Shown: positions 1 through 7,260, numbered from the stretch's first letter. The stretch: DNA of 10,352 nucleotides from a virus (IMGVR_UViG_2695420596_000008:1-10352), one strand, 5' to 3'. Made by a program: numbers and translations. Notes: generated from the sequence alone by a model not told the origin.

Positions 1-1074
1 TCATTTGTCGATTTCAATTTTGTCCCATTCCCGTCCACGGCTGTCCCTATACCGCGCCGCCATTGAATCTGATTTATGCCCGAGAAGACGTTGAGCAAAC
101 TTATCGCCAATCTGGTTCCGGTATAGCCTCGCTGACAGGCTACGCAGTTCATGGAATGTTGGCGGGTTTCCATCAAATGAGAGGCCAGATGCATTTCTCG
201 CCTTTGTAAAATACTTTGATACTGTTTTCGGGGAAAGCGGATCGTGATGCTTTGATGCGATTATAGTTTCACTGCTGCTGGCCTCCCTGCATTTCTGTAG
301 TGTATCAGCCAATGAGATATTGAGCGCGTCAATCGTTAGCGTTAGCGGAATGGCGAGTTTAGCCCCTGTTTTACTCTGTTTAATGTGAAGATGGTTGTCG
401 TTTATGTCTGACCATTTCATTCTGCACAAATCGCCGACTCTCTGCCCTGTAACGACGGCCAAATCCATCGCCAGCCTTAGCCAGATAGGGAGAGGTTCGG
501 CTGCATGGTAAATCTCGACATACTCATTAGCTGTCAGCCTTGAGCGCCTTACTTCTGACTTTGCTGTACGGGTTGCTGTTACCGGATTCGTTGCCACATG
601 CCCCTCGGCTATTGCTTCACGAAAAACGTCAACAAGGGTTGACCTGATTAATTTTGCGGAAGCTGCTTTACCTTCTGCTACGTAGGTGTTTAGCATTGCT
701 GCCACTTCTTTCGTTGATATGTCAGTGAGCGGTTTGTCCGGCAATTTTCTTCGGATTGCCCTGATTTTGCTGGCGTAGTCGAGTAGAGTTTTCGGCCTGA
801 TCCCCCTTTCGGTGAGGATTGTTTCATATCGGTCAAGCCACACATGAAGAGTGATTGCGTCACCGCCTTTAATTCTGTCTATCAGTGATTTGCGTCCGCT
901 GTCTGAGAGTAACTCAATATTGGCCTGTATTGCTTCAGTGATTGCTATCCTCCTGTCTCGGCCTAATCCAAACTCTTTACCCGTCCTTGGGTCCCTGTAG
1001 CAGTAATATCCATTGTTTCTTATATAAAGGTTAGGGGGTAAATCCCGGCGCTCATGACTTCGCCTTCTTCCCAT
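1..1074 (-). CDS. int: Lambda-type integrase (tyrosine site-specific recombinase), complete, stop codon at 1-3
   Basis: 357-aa ORF whose translation (MGRRRSHERRDLPPNLYIRNNGYYCYRDPRTGKEFGLGRDRRIAITEAIQANIEL..., C-terminal ...HELRSLSARLY...LLGH...YRD...EWDKIEI) matches lambda Int along its length as I recall it; 23-nt overlap with xis as in lambda. Confidence 0.95.
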   Translation of the reverse strand: MGRRRSHERRDLPPNLYIRNNGYYCYRDPRTGKEFGLGRDRRIAITEAIQANIELLSDSGRKSLIDRIKGGDAITLHVWLDRYETILTERGIRPKTLLDYASKIRAIRRKLPDKPLTDISTKEVAAMLNTYVAEGKAASAKLIRSTLVDVFREAIAEGHVATNPVTATRTAKSEVRRSRLTANEYVEIYHAAEPLPIWLRLAMDLAVVTGQRVGDLCRMKWSDINDNHLHIKQSKTGAKLAIPLTLTIDALNISLADTLQKCREASSSETIIASKHHDPLSPKTVSKYFTKARNASGLSFDGNPPTFHELRSLSARLYRNQIGDKFAQRLLGHKSDSMAARYRDSRGREWDKIEIDK

Positions 1075-1270
1075 TTCTGATCCTCTTCAAAAGGCTACCT
1101 GTTACTGGTCGATTTAAGTCAACCTTTACCGCTGATTCGTGGAACAGATACTCTCTTCCATCCTTAACCGGAGGAGGGAATATCCTGCACTCGCGTACCC
1201 ATCGACGAACTGTTTCAAGGCTTCTTGGGCGTCGCTGGCGTGCGTTCCACTCCTGAAGTGTCAAGTACAT
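1052..1270 (-). CDS. xis: Excisionase Xis
   Basis: 72-aa translation MYLTLQEWNARQRRPRSLETVRRWVRECRIFPPPVKDGREYLFHESAVKVDLNRPV... is essentially identical to lambda Xis; 3' end overlaps int start. Confidence 0.95.
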   Translation of the reverse strand: MYLTLQEWNARQRRPRSLETVRRWVRECRIFPPPVKDGREYLFHESAVKVDLNRPVTGSLLKRIRNGKKAKS

Positions 1271-1293
1271 CGCAAAGTCTCCGCAATTACACG

Positions 1294-1318
1294 CAAGAAA
1301 AAACCGCCATCAGGCGGC
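1294..1318 (-). terminator. Candidate intrinsic terminator on minus strand at end of orf55
   Basis: Minus-strand hairpin (g)ccgcc-tgat-ggcgg(u) followed immediately by TTTTTT (plus-strand A-run 1295-1303). Confidence 0.5.
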
Positions 1319-1477
1319 TTGGTGTTCTTTCAGTTCTTCAATTCGAATATTGGTTACGTCTGCATGTGCTATCTGCGCCCATATCATCCAGTGGTCATAG
1401 CAGTCATTGATGTTCTCTGCTTCGATAACTCTGTTGAATGGTTCTCCATTCCATTCACCTGTGACTCGGAAGTGCAT
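1310..1477 (-). CDS. Small hypothetical protein (55 aa), lambda xis-proximal orf55 homologue
   Basis: Hand translation of minus strand: MHFRVTGEWNGEPFNRVIEAENINDCYDHWMIWAQIAHADVTNIRIEELKEHQAA*; SD GGAGA 6 nt upstream of ATG; not in the ORF track because under 60 aa; same position relative to xis as the 55-codon ORF I recall in lambda. Confidence 0.5.
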   Translation of the reverse strand: MHFRVTGEWNGEPFNRVIEAENINDCYDHWMIWAQIAHADVTNIRIEELKEHQAA

Positions 1478-1719
1478 TTATCATCTCCATAAAACAAAAC
1501 CCGCCGTAGCGAGTTCAGATAAAAGAAATCCTCGTCAGTGCGAGGATGCTGTTCATTGCTGCTATACACTTTTTTGCTCTCAACGTAAGCGGTAGCTCAT
1601 TCTGTTGGGTTGGTGCAGTTGCTTTTAGGAAATGCTATTTACCCCTTAAACGTCGGCTGAAAGAGCTAAAATCCATGCAAAAAATTTACGCAATTTTGTG
1701 TATTATTGTGCAGTAAGTA

Positions 1720-2322
1720 ATGAGCTATTTTCTGCGCAAAAAATGGATGGTAAATTTGTCCGGGGCAGGAAAAATTTTATGGACGCTAAACATGAAAAAA
1801 GATTCGTATCCTTATTTGATTTGCATGACAGTTTCAGGCCTGATCTTTATTTTCCTTTTCTTCTGGTGGCGGGCAGATATTTACAGGGTCACGTTTCTTA
1901 ATCAGAGTATATCCCACTATTACATTCTGTTTAGCATGGGAATAGCTTTTCTGTTATCTCTGTTTTGGGTTAAGAAGGGGATAGTAAAACAAAGCGGCTG
2001 GAAGAGTCTGTCAGCATACCTTAAGGTTTATGCAGGGATGTGCATATTTGCTGGATTTTTTCTGATTATACCCCTTACAACACTAACTTATTTTTTGCCT
2101 GGAGAGACATCGTCTTATGTTGCACCGTATCGGTATACTTCCGGTAGTTCAAAAAGTTGTTCTGGAGCTGAGGTGGATGACCCCGATCTACATGAGAATA
2201 TTCGCATTTGCTATCCGTATGGCAATTATGAGTACGATAATATTATCTATGTTGAAAAGAAAATTAATACATTAGGTGCGGTAGTAACATATGCACAGAC
2301 CGCGCGTGATGATACTGAATGA
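1720..2322 (+). CDS. Hypothetical integral membrane protein (about 3 predicted TM helices, about 75-aa soluble C-terminal domain); accessory 'moron' gene replacing ea8.5/ea22; start uncertain (alternative ATGs at 1747 and 1792)
   Basis: 200-aa ORF on the strand opposite to all flanking early-left genes; hydrophobic stretches LICMTVSGLIFIFLFFWW, YYILFSMGIAFLLSLFWV, MCIFAGFFLIIPLTTLTYFL; visibly AT-rich compared with flanking lambda-like DNA; followed by a hairpin terminator; no convincing SD at any candidate start. Confidence 0.5.
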   Translation: MSYFLRKKWMVNLSGAGKILWTLNMKKDSYPYLICMTVSGLIFIFLFFWWRADIYRVTFLNQSISHYYILFSMGIAFLLSLFWVKKGIVKQSGWKSLSAYLKVYAGMCIFAGFFLIIPLTTLTYFLPGETSSYVAPYRYTSGSSKSCSGAEVDDPDLHENIRICYPYGNYEYDNIIYVEKKINTLGAVVTYAQTARDDTE

Positions 2323-2356
2323 GATAGTATATAGCGGGCAAGTTTTAGTTAATTTA

Positions 2357-2390
2357 TCGAGGTAATATAATTTACCTCGACTCGTTTATT
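2357..2390 (+). terminator. Candidate rho-independent terminator of the membrane-protein moron
   Basis: Perfect 9-bp inverted repeat tcgaggtaa / ttacctcga (2357-2365, 2372-2380) with 6-nt loop, followed by ctcgTTTATT; 35 bp after the ORF stop. Confidence 0.45.
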
Positions 2391-2532
2391 CTGGTATTAA
2401 TATTTCGCTTTACGATCGATTTTTATCTGATGATATCATGCGGTTTTCATATACTGACTTACTGTCTTTTCTCCGTTAGCGATTTTCTCCTGCTCAGCGA
2501 TGATTTTATCTTTGGCTTCTAGTTAATTTCGC

Positions 2533-2754
2533 TCACTTCGAACCTCTCTGTTTACTGATAAGTTCCAGATCCTCCTGGCAACTTGCACAAGTCCGACAAC
2601 CCTGAACGGCCAGGCGTCTTCGCTCATCTATGGGATCGCCACACTCACAACAATGAGTGGCAGATATAGCCTGGTGGTTCAGGCGGCGCATTTTTATTGC
2701 TGTGTTGCGCTGTAATTCTTCAATTTCTGATGCTGAATCAATGATGTCTGCCAT
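2533..2754 (-). CDS. orf73: TraR/DksA-family C4 zinc-finger protein (lambda Orf73-like)
   Basis: 73-aa ORF with CxxC-(17)-CxxC motif (CCECGDPIDERRRLAVQGCRTCASC) typical of TraR/DksA C4 zinc fingers; position between the ea22 remnant and orf61 as in lambda. Confidence 0.8.
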   Translation of the reverse strand: MADIIDSASEIEELQRNTAIKMRRLNHQAISATHCCECGDPIDERRRLAVQGCRTCASCQEDLELISKQRGSK

Positions 2755-2852
2755 CTTCCATTAATCCCTGAATTGTTGGTTAATACGCTTGAGGGTGAAT
2801 GCGAACAATAAAAAAGGAGCCTGTAGCTCCCTGATGATTTTGCTTTTCATGC

Positions 2853-3134
2853 TCACCGTTCCTTAAAGACGCCGTTTAACATGCCGATCGCCAGGCTTAA
2901 ATGAGTCGGTGTGAATCCCATCAGCGTTACCGTTTCGCGGTGCTTCTTCAGTACGCTACGGCAAATGTCATCGACGTTTTTATCCGGAAACTGCTGTCTG
3001 GCTTTTTTGATTTCAGAATTAGCCTGACGGGCAATGCTGCGAAGGGCGTTTTCTTGCTGAGGTGTCACTGAACAAGCCCCATGTCGGCAAGCATAAGCAC
3101 ACAGAATATGAAGCCCGCTGCCAGAAAAATGCAT
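2853..3134 (-). CDS. Hypothetical protein, lambda orf61-region homologue with a different reading-frame extent (93 aa here)
   Basis: ORF between orf73 and orf63; shares MHFSGSGLHILCAYACRHG..TPQQENALRSIARQANSEIKK with lambda Orf61 as recalled, then continues in frame through a T6/A6 homopolymer (3004-3009) for about 49 more codons. Confidence 0.5.
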   Translation of the reverse strand: MHFSGSGLHILCAYACRHGACSVTPQQENALRSIARQANSEIKKARQQFPDKNVDDICRSVLKKHRETVTLMGFTPTHLSLAIGMLNGVFKER

Positions 3135-3144
3135 TCAGTGGTTG

Positions 3145-3336
3145 TCATACCTGGTCTCTCTCATCTGCTTCTGCTTTCGCCACCATCATTTCCAGCTTTT
3201 GTGAAAGGGATGTGGCTAACGTATGAAATTCTTCGTCTGTTTCTACTGGTATTGGCACAAACCTGACTCCAATTTGAGCAAGGCTATGTGCCATCTCAAT
3301 GCTCGTTCTTAACTCAACAGGAGATGCTTTGTGCAT
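3145..3336 (-). CDS. orf63: Hypothetical protein, lambda Orf63 homologue
   Basis: 63-aa ORF, same length and position as lambda orf63, 28-nt overlap with orf60a exactly as in lambda. Confidence 0.75.
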   Translation of the reverse strand: MHKASPVELRTSIEMAHSLAQIGVRFVPIPVETDEEFHTLATSLSQKLEMMVAKAEADERDQV

Positions 3337-3491
3337 ACAGCCCCTCGTTTATTATTTATCTCCTCAGCCAGCCGCTGGGCTTTCAGTGGATTTTGGATAA
3401 CAGAAAGGTCGGGAAATACCCAGCCTCGCTTTGTAACGGAGTAGACGAAAGTGATCGCACCTACCCGGATATTATCGTGAGGATGCTTCAT
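3309..3491 (-). CDS. orf60a: Hypothetical protein, lambda Orf60a homologue
   Basis: 60 aa from [27 protein letters not shown]...; ATGA start/stop overlap with exo as in lambda (the track's 62-aa version starts two codons upstream). Confidence 0.75.
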   Translation of the reverse strand: MKHPHDNIRVGAITFVYSVTKRGWVFPDLSVIQNPLKAQRLAEEINNKRGAVCTKHLLLS

Positions 3492-4168
3492 CGCCATTGC
3501 TCCCCAAATACAAAACCAATTTCAGCCAGTGCCTCGTCCATTTTTTCGATGAACTCCGGCACCATCTCGTCAAAACCCGCCATGTACTTTTCATCCCGCT
3601 CAACCACGACATAATGCAGTCCTTCACGCTTCATACGCGGGTCATAGTTGGCAAAGTACCAGGCATCTTTTCGCGTCACCCACATGCTGTACTGCACCTG
3701 GGCCATGTAAGCTGACTTTATGGCCTCGAAACCACCGAGCCGGAACTTCATGAAATCCCGGGAGGTAAACGGGCATTTCAGTTCAAGGCCGTTGCCGTCA
3801 CTGCATAAACCATCTGGAGAGCAGGCGGTACGCATACTTTCGTCGCGATAGATGATCGGTGATTCAGTAACATTCACGCCGGAAGTGAACTCAAACAGGG
3901 CTCTGGCGTCGTTCTCGTACTGTTTTCCCCAGGCCAGCGCTTTAGCGTTAACTTCCGGAGCCACACCGGTGCAAACCTCAGCAAGCAGGGTGTGGAAGTA
4001 GGACATTTTCATGTCAGGCCACTTTTTTCCGGAGCGGGGTTTTGCTATTACGTTATGAACTTCTGAAGCTGTGATGACGCCGAGCCGTAATTTGTGCCAC
4101 GCATCATCCCCCTGTTCGACAGCTCTCACGTCGATCCCGGTACGCTGCAGGATAATGTCCGGTGTCAT
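3488..4168 (-). CDS. exo: Lambda exonuclease (Red alpha)
   Basis: 226-aa translation [65 protein letters not shown]... matches lambda Exo; 4-nt overlap with bet. Confidence 0.97.
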   Translation of the reverse strand: MTPDIILQRTGIDVRAVEQGDDAWHKLRLGVITASEVHNVIAKPRSGKKWPDMKMSYFHTLLAEVCTGVAPEVNAKALAWGKQYENDARALFEFTSGVNVTESPIIYRDESMRTACSPDGLCSDGNGLELKCPFTSRDFMKFRLGGFEAIKSAYMAQVQYSMWVTRKDAWYFANYDPRMKREGLHYVVVERDEKYMAGFDEMVPEFIEKMDEALAEIGFVFGEQWR

Positions 4169-4950
4169 GCTGCCACCTTCTGCTCAGTGGCTTTCTGTTT
4201 CAGGAATCCAAGAGCTTTCACTGCTTCGGCCTGTGTCAGTTCTGACGATGCGCGAATGTCGCGGCGAAATATCTGGGAACAGAGCGGCAATAAGTCGTCA
4301 TCCCATGTTTTATCCAGGGCGATTAGCAGAGTGTTAATCTCCTGCATGGTTTCATCGTTAACCGGAGTGATGTCGCGTTCCGGCTGGCGTTCTGCAGTGT
4401 ATGCAGTATTTTCGACAATGCGCTCGGCTTCATCCTTGTCATAGATACCAGCAAATCCGAAGGCCAGACGGGCACACTGAATCATAGCTTTATGCCGTAA
4501 CATCCGTTTAGGATGCGACTGCCACGGCCCCGTGATTTCTCTGCCTTCGCGGGTTTTGAATGGTTCGCGGCGGCATTCATCCATCCATTCGGTAACGCAG
4601 ATCGGATGATTACGGTCCTTGCGGTAAATCCGGCATGTACAGGATTCATTGTCCTGCTCAAAGTCCATGCCATCAAACTGCTGGTTTTCATTGATGATGC
4701 GGGACCAGCCATCAACGCCCACCACCGGAACGATGCCGTTCTGCTTATCAGGGAAGGCGTAAATTTCTTTCGTCCACGGATTAAGGCCGTACTGGTTGGC
4801 GACGATCAACAATGCGATGAACTGCGCATCGCTGGCATCGCCTTTAAATGCCGTCTGGCGAAGAGTGGTGATCAGTTCCTGTGGGTCGACAGAATCCATG
4901 CCGACACGTTCAGCCAGCTTCCCTGCCAGCGTTGCGAGTGCTGTACTCAT
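4165..4950 (-). CDS. bet: Red beta single-strand annealing protein
   Basis: 261-aa translation [66 protein letters not shown]... matches lambda Bet. Confidence 0.97.
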   Translation of the reverse strand: MSTALATLAGKLAERVGMDSVDPQELITTLRQTAFKGDASDAQFIALLIVANQYGLNPWTKEIYAFPDKQNGIVPVVGVDGWSRIINENQQFDGMDFEQDNESCTCRIYRKDRNHPICVTEWMDECRREPFKTREGREITGPWQSHPKRMLRHKAMIQCARLAFGFAGIYDKDEAERIVENTAYTAERQPERDITPVNDETMQEINTLLIALDKTWDDDLLPLCSQIFRRDIRASSELTQAEAVKALGFLKQKATEQKVAA

Positions 4951-4955
4951 CCGTT

Positions 4956-5372
4956 TTATACCTCTGAATCAATATCAACCTGATGGTGAGCAATGGTTTC
5001 AACCATGTACCGGATGTGTTCTGCCATGCGCTCCTGAAACTCAACATCGTCATCAAACGCACGGGTAATGGCTTTTTTGCTGGCCCCGTGGCGTTGCAAA
5101 TGACCGATGCATAGCGATTCAAACAGGTGCTGGGGCAGGCCTTTTTCCATGTCGTCTGCCAGTTCTGCCTCTTTCTCTTCACGGGCTATCTGCTGGTAGT
5201 GACGCGCCCAGCTCTGAGCCTCAAGACGATCCTGAATGTAATAAGCGTTCATGGCCGAACTCCTGAAATAGCTGTGAAAATATCGCCCGCGAAATGCCGG
5301 GCTGATTAGGAAAACAGGAAAGGGGGTTAGTGAATGCTTTTGCTTGATCTCAGTTTCAGTATTAATATCCAT
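4956..5372 (-). CDS. gam: Gam, RecBCD inhibitor (138-aa long form; internal Met-41 gives GamS)
   Basis: Translation [138 protein letters not shown] matches lambda Gam. Confidence 0.95.
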   Translation of the reverse strand: MDINTETEIKQKHSLTPFPVFLISPAFRGRYFHSYFRSSAMNAYYIQDRLEAQSWARHYQQIAREEKEAELADDMEKGLPQHLFESLCIGHLQRHGASKKAITRAFDDDVEFQERMAEHIRYMVETIAHHQVDIDSEV

Positions 5373-5470
5373 TTTTTATAAGCGTCGACGGCCTCACGAA
5401 ACATCTTTTCATCGCCAATAAAAGTGGCGATAGTGAATTTAGTCTGGATAGCCATAAGTGTTTGATCCAT
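5327..5470 (-). CDS. kil: Kil (host-killing / FtsZ-inhibiting small protein), 47 aa
   Basis: C-terminal 47 aa of the 89-aa track ORF ([47 protein letters not shown]) equals lambda Kil as recalled; 32-nt overlap with cIII as in lambda. Confidence 0.8.
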   Translation of the reverse strand: MDQTLMAIQTKFTIATFIGDEKMFREAVDAYKKWILILKLRSSKSIH

Positions 5471-5603
5471 TTTTTGGGACTCCTGGCTGATTAAGTATGT
5501 CGATAAGGCGTTTCCATCCGTCACGTAATTTACGGGTGATTCGTTCAAGTAAAGATTCGGAAGGGCAGCCAGCAACAGGCCACCCTGCAATGGCATATTG
5601 CAT
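5439..5603 (-). CDS. cIII: CIII (FtsH/HflB inhibitor that stabilises CII), 54 aa
   Basis: Hand translation MQYAIAGWPVAGCPSESLLERITRKLRD...TYGYPD* matches lambda CIII; absent from the ORF track because under 60 aa. Confidence 0.85.
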   Translation of the reverse strand: MQYAIAGWPVAGCPSESLLERITRKLRDGWKRLIDILNQPGVPKNGSNTYGYPD

Positions 5604-5675
5604 GGTGTGCTCCTTATTTATACATAACGAAAAACGCCTCGAGTGAAGCGTTATTGGTATGCGGTAACGCAGCGC

Positions 5676-6044
5676 TCAGGCGGCTTTGATAGTCATATCA
5701 TCTGAATCAAATATTCCTGATGTATCGATATCGGTAATTCTTATTCCTTCGCTACCATCCATTGGAGGCCATCCTTCCTGACCATTTCCATCATTCCAGT
5801 CGAACTCACACACAACACCATATGCATTTAAGTCGCTTGAAATTGCTATAAGCAGAGCATGTTGCGCCAGCATGATTAATACAGCATTTAATACAGAGCC
5901 GTGTTTATTGAGTCGGTATTCAGAGTCTGACCAGAAATTATTAATCTGGTGAAGTTTTTCCTCTGTCATTACGTCATGGTCGATTTCAATTTCTATTGAT
6001 GCTTTCCAGTCGTAATCAATGATGTATTTTTTGATGTTTGACAT
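5676..6044 (-). CDS. ea10: Ea10 (lambda early-left protein, reported ssDNA-binding)
   Basis: 122-aa ORF in the lambda ea10 position, between cIII and the terminator at 6063-6090; flanking DNA is near-identical to lambda as recalled. Confidence 0.75.
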   Translation of the reverse strand: MSNIKKYIIDYDWKASIEIEIDHDVMTEEKLHQINNFWSDSEYRLNKHGSVLNAVLIMLAQHALLIAISSDLNAYGVVCEFDWNDGNGQEGWPPMDGSEGIRITDIDTSGIFDSDDMTIKAA

Positions 6045-6062
6045 CTATTCATATCCTCATAG

Positions 6063-6090
6063 ATAAAAAATTGCCCTCACATCGGAGGGC
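6063..6090 (-). terminator. Rho-independent terminator on minus strand (lambda tL-type) upstream of ea10
   Basis: Minus-strand hairpin gccctc-cgatgt-gagggc (plus 6073-6090) followed by aaTTTTTT (plus A-run 6063-6070). Confidence 0.6.
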
Positions 6091-6204
6091 AAAGAAGATT
6101 TCCAATAATCAGAACAAGTCGGCTCCTGTTTAATTATGAGCGACATTTCTCCGTGTATTCACTCGTTGGAATGAATGCACAGTGCAGTGTTTATTCTGTT
6201 GTTT

Positions 6205-6234
6205 ATGCCAAAAATAAAGGCCGACTATGCGGCC
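6205..6234 (-). terminator. Candidate rho-independent terminator on minus strand after the 149-aa membrane-protein gene
   Basis: Minus-strand hairpin ggccg-catagt-cggcc (plus 6219-6234) followed by TTTATTTTTGG; lies 6 bp past the ORF stop, exactly where lambda homology resumes. Confidence 0.5.
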
Positions 6235-6239
6235 TAAAA

Positions 6240-6689
6240 TTACTTAACCAATGATGCTGCATATTCGATAAGGTAAAGCTTTGGGGCCAGCCAAATTTTT
6301 AACCAAGTCATATTGGTTACTACAGCAATAATAAAACTTACCCACAGAACAAAAACTGCAGCTAATGGTAAGATTAGAAAACTAATCTCACCGTTACTTT
6401 CCCAAATCATAGTCGGTTTGTATTTAGTCTTCCCCTTATCCCATGACCATCCTTCATCATCGAACTTACCAATTTCAACTTTTTGGCACTGTTTCTTCAT
6501 AAACCAGAAAACCAGCGGGATTGTTAAAATGGCTATTAATGTTTTAATCAGACTGTCAACCATATTCCATAGCAGTAACTGATGAACAACATCAGGAATC
6601 TGTGCCTGGCTAAATGAGACAGCCGCGTCTATTCCATTACTGGCTTTTTGCAATAGTTCTATGAGAATCTTATTTGCCTGTTCTTCCAT
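6240..6689 (-). CDS. Hypothetical two-helix membrane protein (149 aa) occupying the lambda ral/sieB slot; possible superinfection-exclusion-type protein
   Basis: ORF with SD GAGGTG upstream; two hydrophobic helices (LIKTLIAILTIPLVFWFM; ISFLILPLAAVFVLWVSFIIAVVT) separated by a charged loop (DDEGWSWDKGKTKYK); flanked on both sides by lambda-like sequence; no resemblance to lambda Ral or SieB as I recall them. Confidence 0.6.
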   Translation of the reverse strand: MEEQANKILIELLQKASNGIDAAVSFSQAQIPDVVHQLLLWNMVDSLIKTLIAILTIPLVFWFMKKQCQKVEIGKFDDEGWSWDKGKTKYKPTMIWESNGEISFLILPLAAVFVLWVSFIIAVVTNMTWLKIWLAPKLYLIEYAASLVK

Positions 6690-6747
6690 ATATCACCTCA
6701 AATAAGTGGTTTGCTGCCTAATTTCATTTTCTGGCGAACAGTGCAGG

Positions 6748-7020
6748 TTACCTCGCTGTCAGTTGTTTTGATTTCCGGTAGCCTGCCGCGTAAAGAGCTA
6801 CGTTCGGAAGACAAGTTGAACCTTCATATTTTCTGGTCAACGTTGTCAGAGTTATAACTTCTGCTCTCATTGCTGGTTTGCGCTTGCATTGCAAGACCAC
6901 TCGTGAAGGGGTTGGCCTGTGTAGCTTGTCGGAGCTAATCGCCTCCTGACTTTGCAGGTTTGCGCGACGAGCTCTACGGCGAGAAGCTGCGGTGCCTTTA
7001 AATTCTGTTTTTCTGGACAT
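6748..7020 (-). CDS. N: N-type transcription antiterminator (P22 gene 24 / phage 21 N family), 90 aa from ATG at 7020
   Basis: N-terminal arginine-rich motif (KGTAASRRRARRANLQ) and C-terminus ...LPNVALYAAGYRKSKQLTAR closely resembling the P22 gene-24 C-terminus (...LPGVALYAAGHRKSKQITAR) as recalled; SD GGAGG 5 nt before ATG at 7020; the track's 114-aa version starts at an upstream ATG without an RBS. Confidence 0.8.
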   Translation of the reverse strand: MSRKTEFKGTAASRRRARRANLQSQEAISSDKLHRPTPSRVVLQCKRKPAMRAEVITLTTLTRKYEGSTCLPNVALYAAGYRKSKQLTAR

Positions 7021-7118
7021 AGATTCCTCCCGAATAAACTTTGGCGATGCAATCTCGAAGCTCCTCCTGAGACGGTTACTTCGGCATTGCATCCCACAGC
7101 TTATGTGGTTGGGTGATC

Positions 7119-7165
7119 TGGCTTTTCAGCCACGTAGTCGAGTGTTCGACGTTGTTTAAAGAGCC
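7119..7165 (-). promoter_or_regulatory. nutL: boxA (minus ggctcttta, plus 7157-7165), small hairpin (7137-7150), boxB (minus ggcugaaaagcc, plus 7119-7132)
   Basis: boxA-like GCTCTTTA followed by a 5-bp stem with GAAAA pentaloop between pL and N; near-identical in architecture to the nutR candidate at 9317-9362. Confidence 0.65.
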
Positions 7166-7204
7166 TGCCAGTCTGCTCCGTTTGGCTTACAGCGTCCTGC
7201 TGAT

Positions 7205-7260
7205 GAGTTGACTTTATCGAAATGATAAACTGATGGCAATAGCAAAATGATAAATTGTTT
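7205..7260 (-). promoter_or_regulatory. pL promoter with operator oL (candidate): -35 TTGCCA (plus 7234-7239), -10 TAAAGT (plus 7211-7216), 17-bp spacing; operator palindrome TTTATC-N5-GATAAA at 7213-7229 and a degenerate copy near 7237-7253
   Basis: Read directly from sequence; the same -10 hexamer and the same palindrome type occur at the divergent pR side. Confidence 0.5.

Noticed and set aside
1139-1492. 117-aa plus-strand ORF (and the nested 61-aa ORF at 1225-1410)
   Set aside because: Runs antisense across xis and the 55-codon ORF, which are both well supported; no RBS; typical shadow ORF.
1384-1569. 61-aa minus-strand ORF from the track
   Set aside because: Overlaps the better-supported 55-codon ORF (1310-1477) in another frame and spans the hairpin at 1528-1547; no convincing RBS.
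1698-1901. 67-aa plus-strand ORF overlapping the start of the membrane-protein moron
   Set aside because: Alternative frame of the same region; the 200-aa frame carries the transmembrane segments and continues to the terminator.
2671-2690. Chi-like octamer (cctggtgg)
   Set aside because: One base off the Chi sequence GCTGGTGG; no exact Chi found by eye on either strand.
3081-3715. Plus-strand ORFs 3081-3266, 3288-3614 and 3497-3715
   Set aside because: Antisense to orf63, orf60a and exo, which are supported by lambda homology.
4071-5068. Plus-strand ORFs 4071-4337, 4094-4444, 4513-4983, 4796-5068 and minus-strand 4482-4715
   Set aside because: Lie inside exo and bet on the opposite strand or in an alternative frame; bet and exo translations match lambda along their full length.
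4910-5182. 90-aa minus-strand ORF overlapping the bet/gam junction
   Set aside because: Alternative frame across the gam 3' half and bet start; gam translation is full-length lambda Gam.
5327-5596. 89-aa extended version of kil
   Set aside because: The upstream 42 codons overlap cIII in another frame; lambda Kil is 47 aa starting at MDQTLMAIQ, so the shorter start at 5470 was taken.
5624-5650. Possible terminator hairpin between cIII and ea10
   Set aside because: Only a 4-5-bp stem with a long loop before the T-run; too weak to call, although a T5 tract is present on the minus strand.
6313-6582. 89-aa plus-strand ORF
   Set aside because: Antisense within the 149-aa membrane-protein gene; no RBS.
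6867-7097. 76-aa minus-strand ORF and the 114-aa N extension starting at 7092
   Set aside because: The 76-aa ORF is an alternative frame inside N; the upstream ATG at 7092 lacks an SD whereas ATG 7020 has GGAGG and gives an N of typical size.
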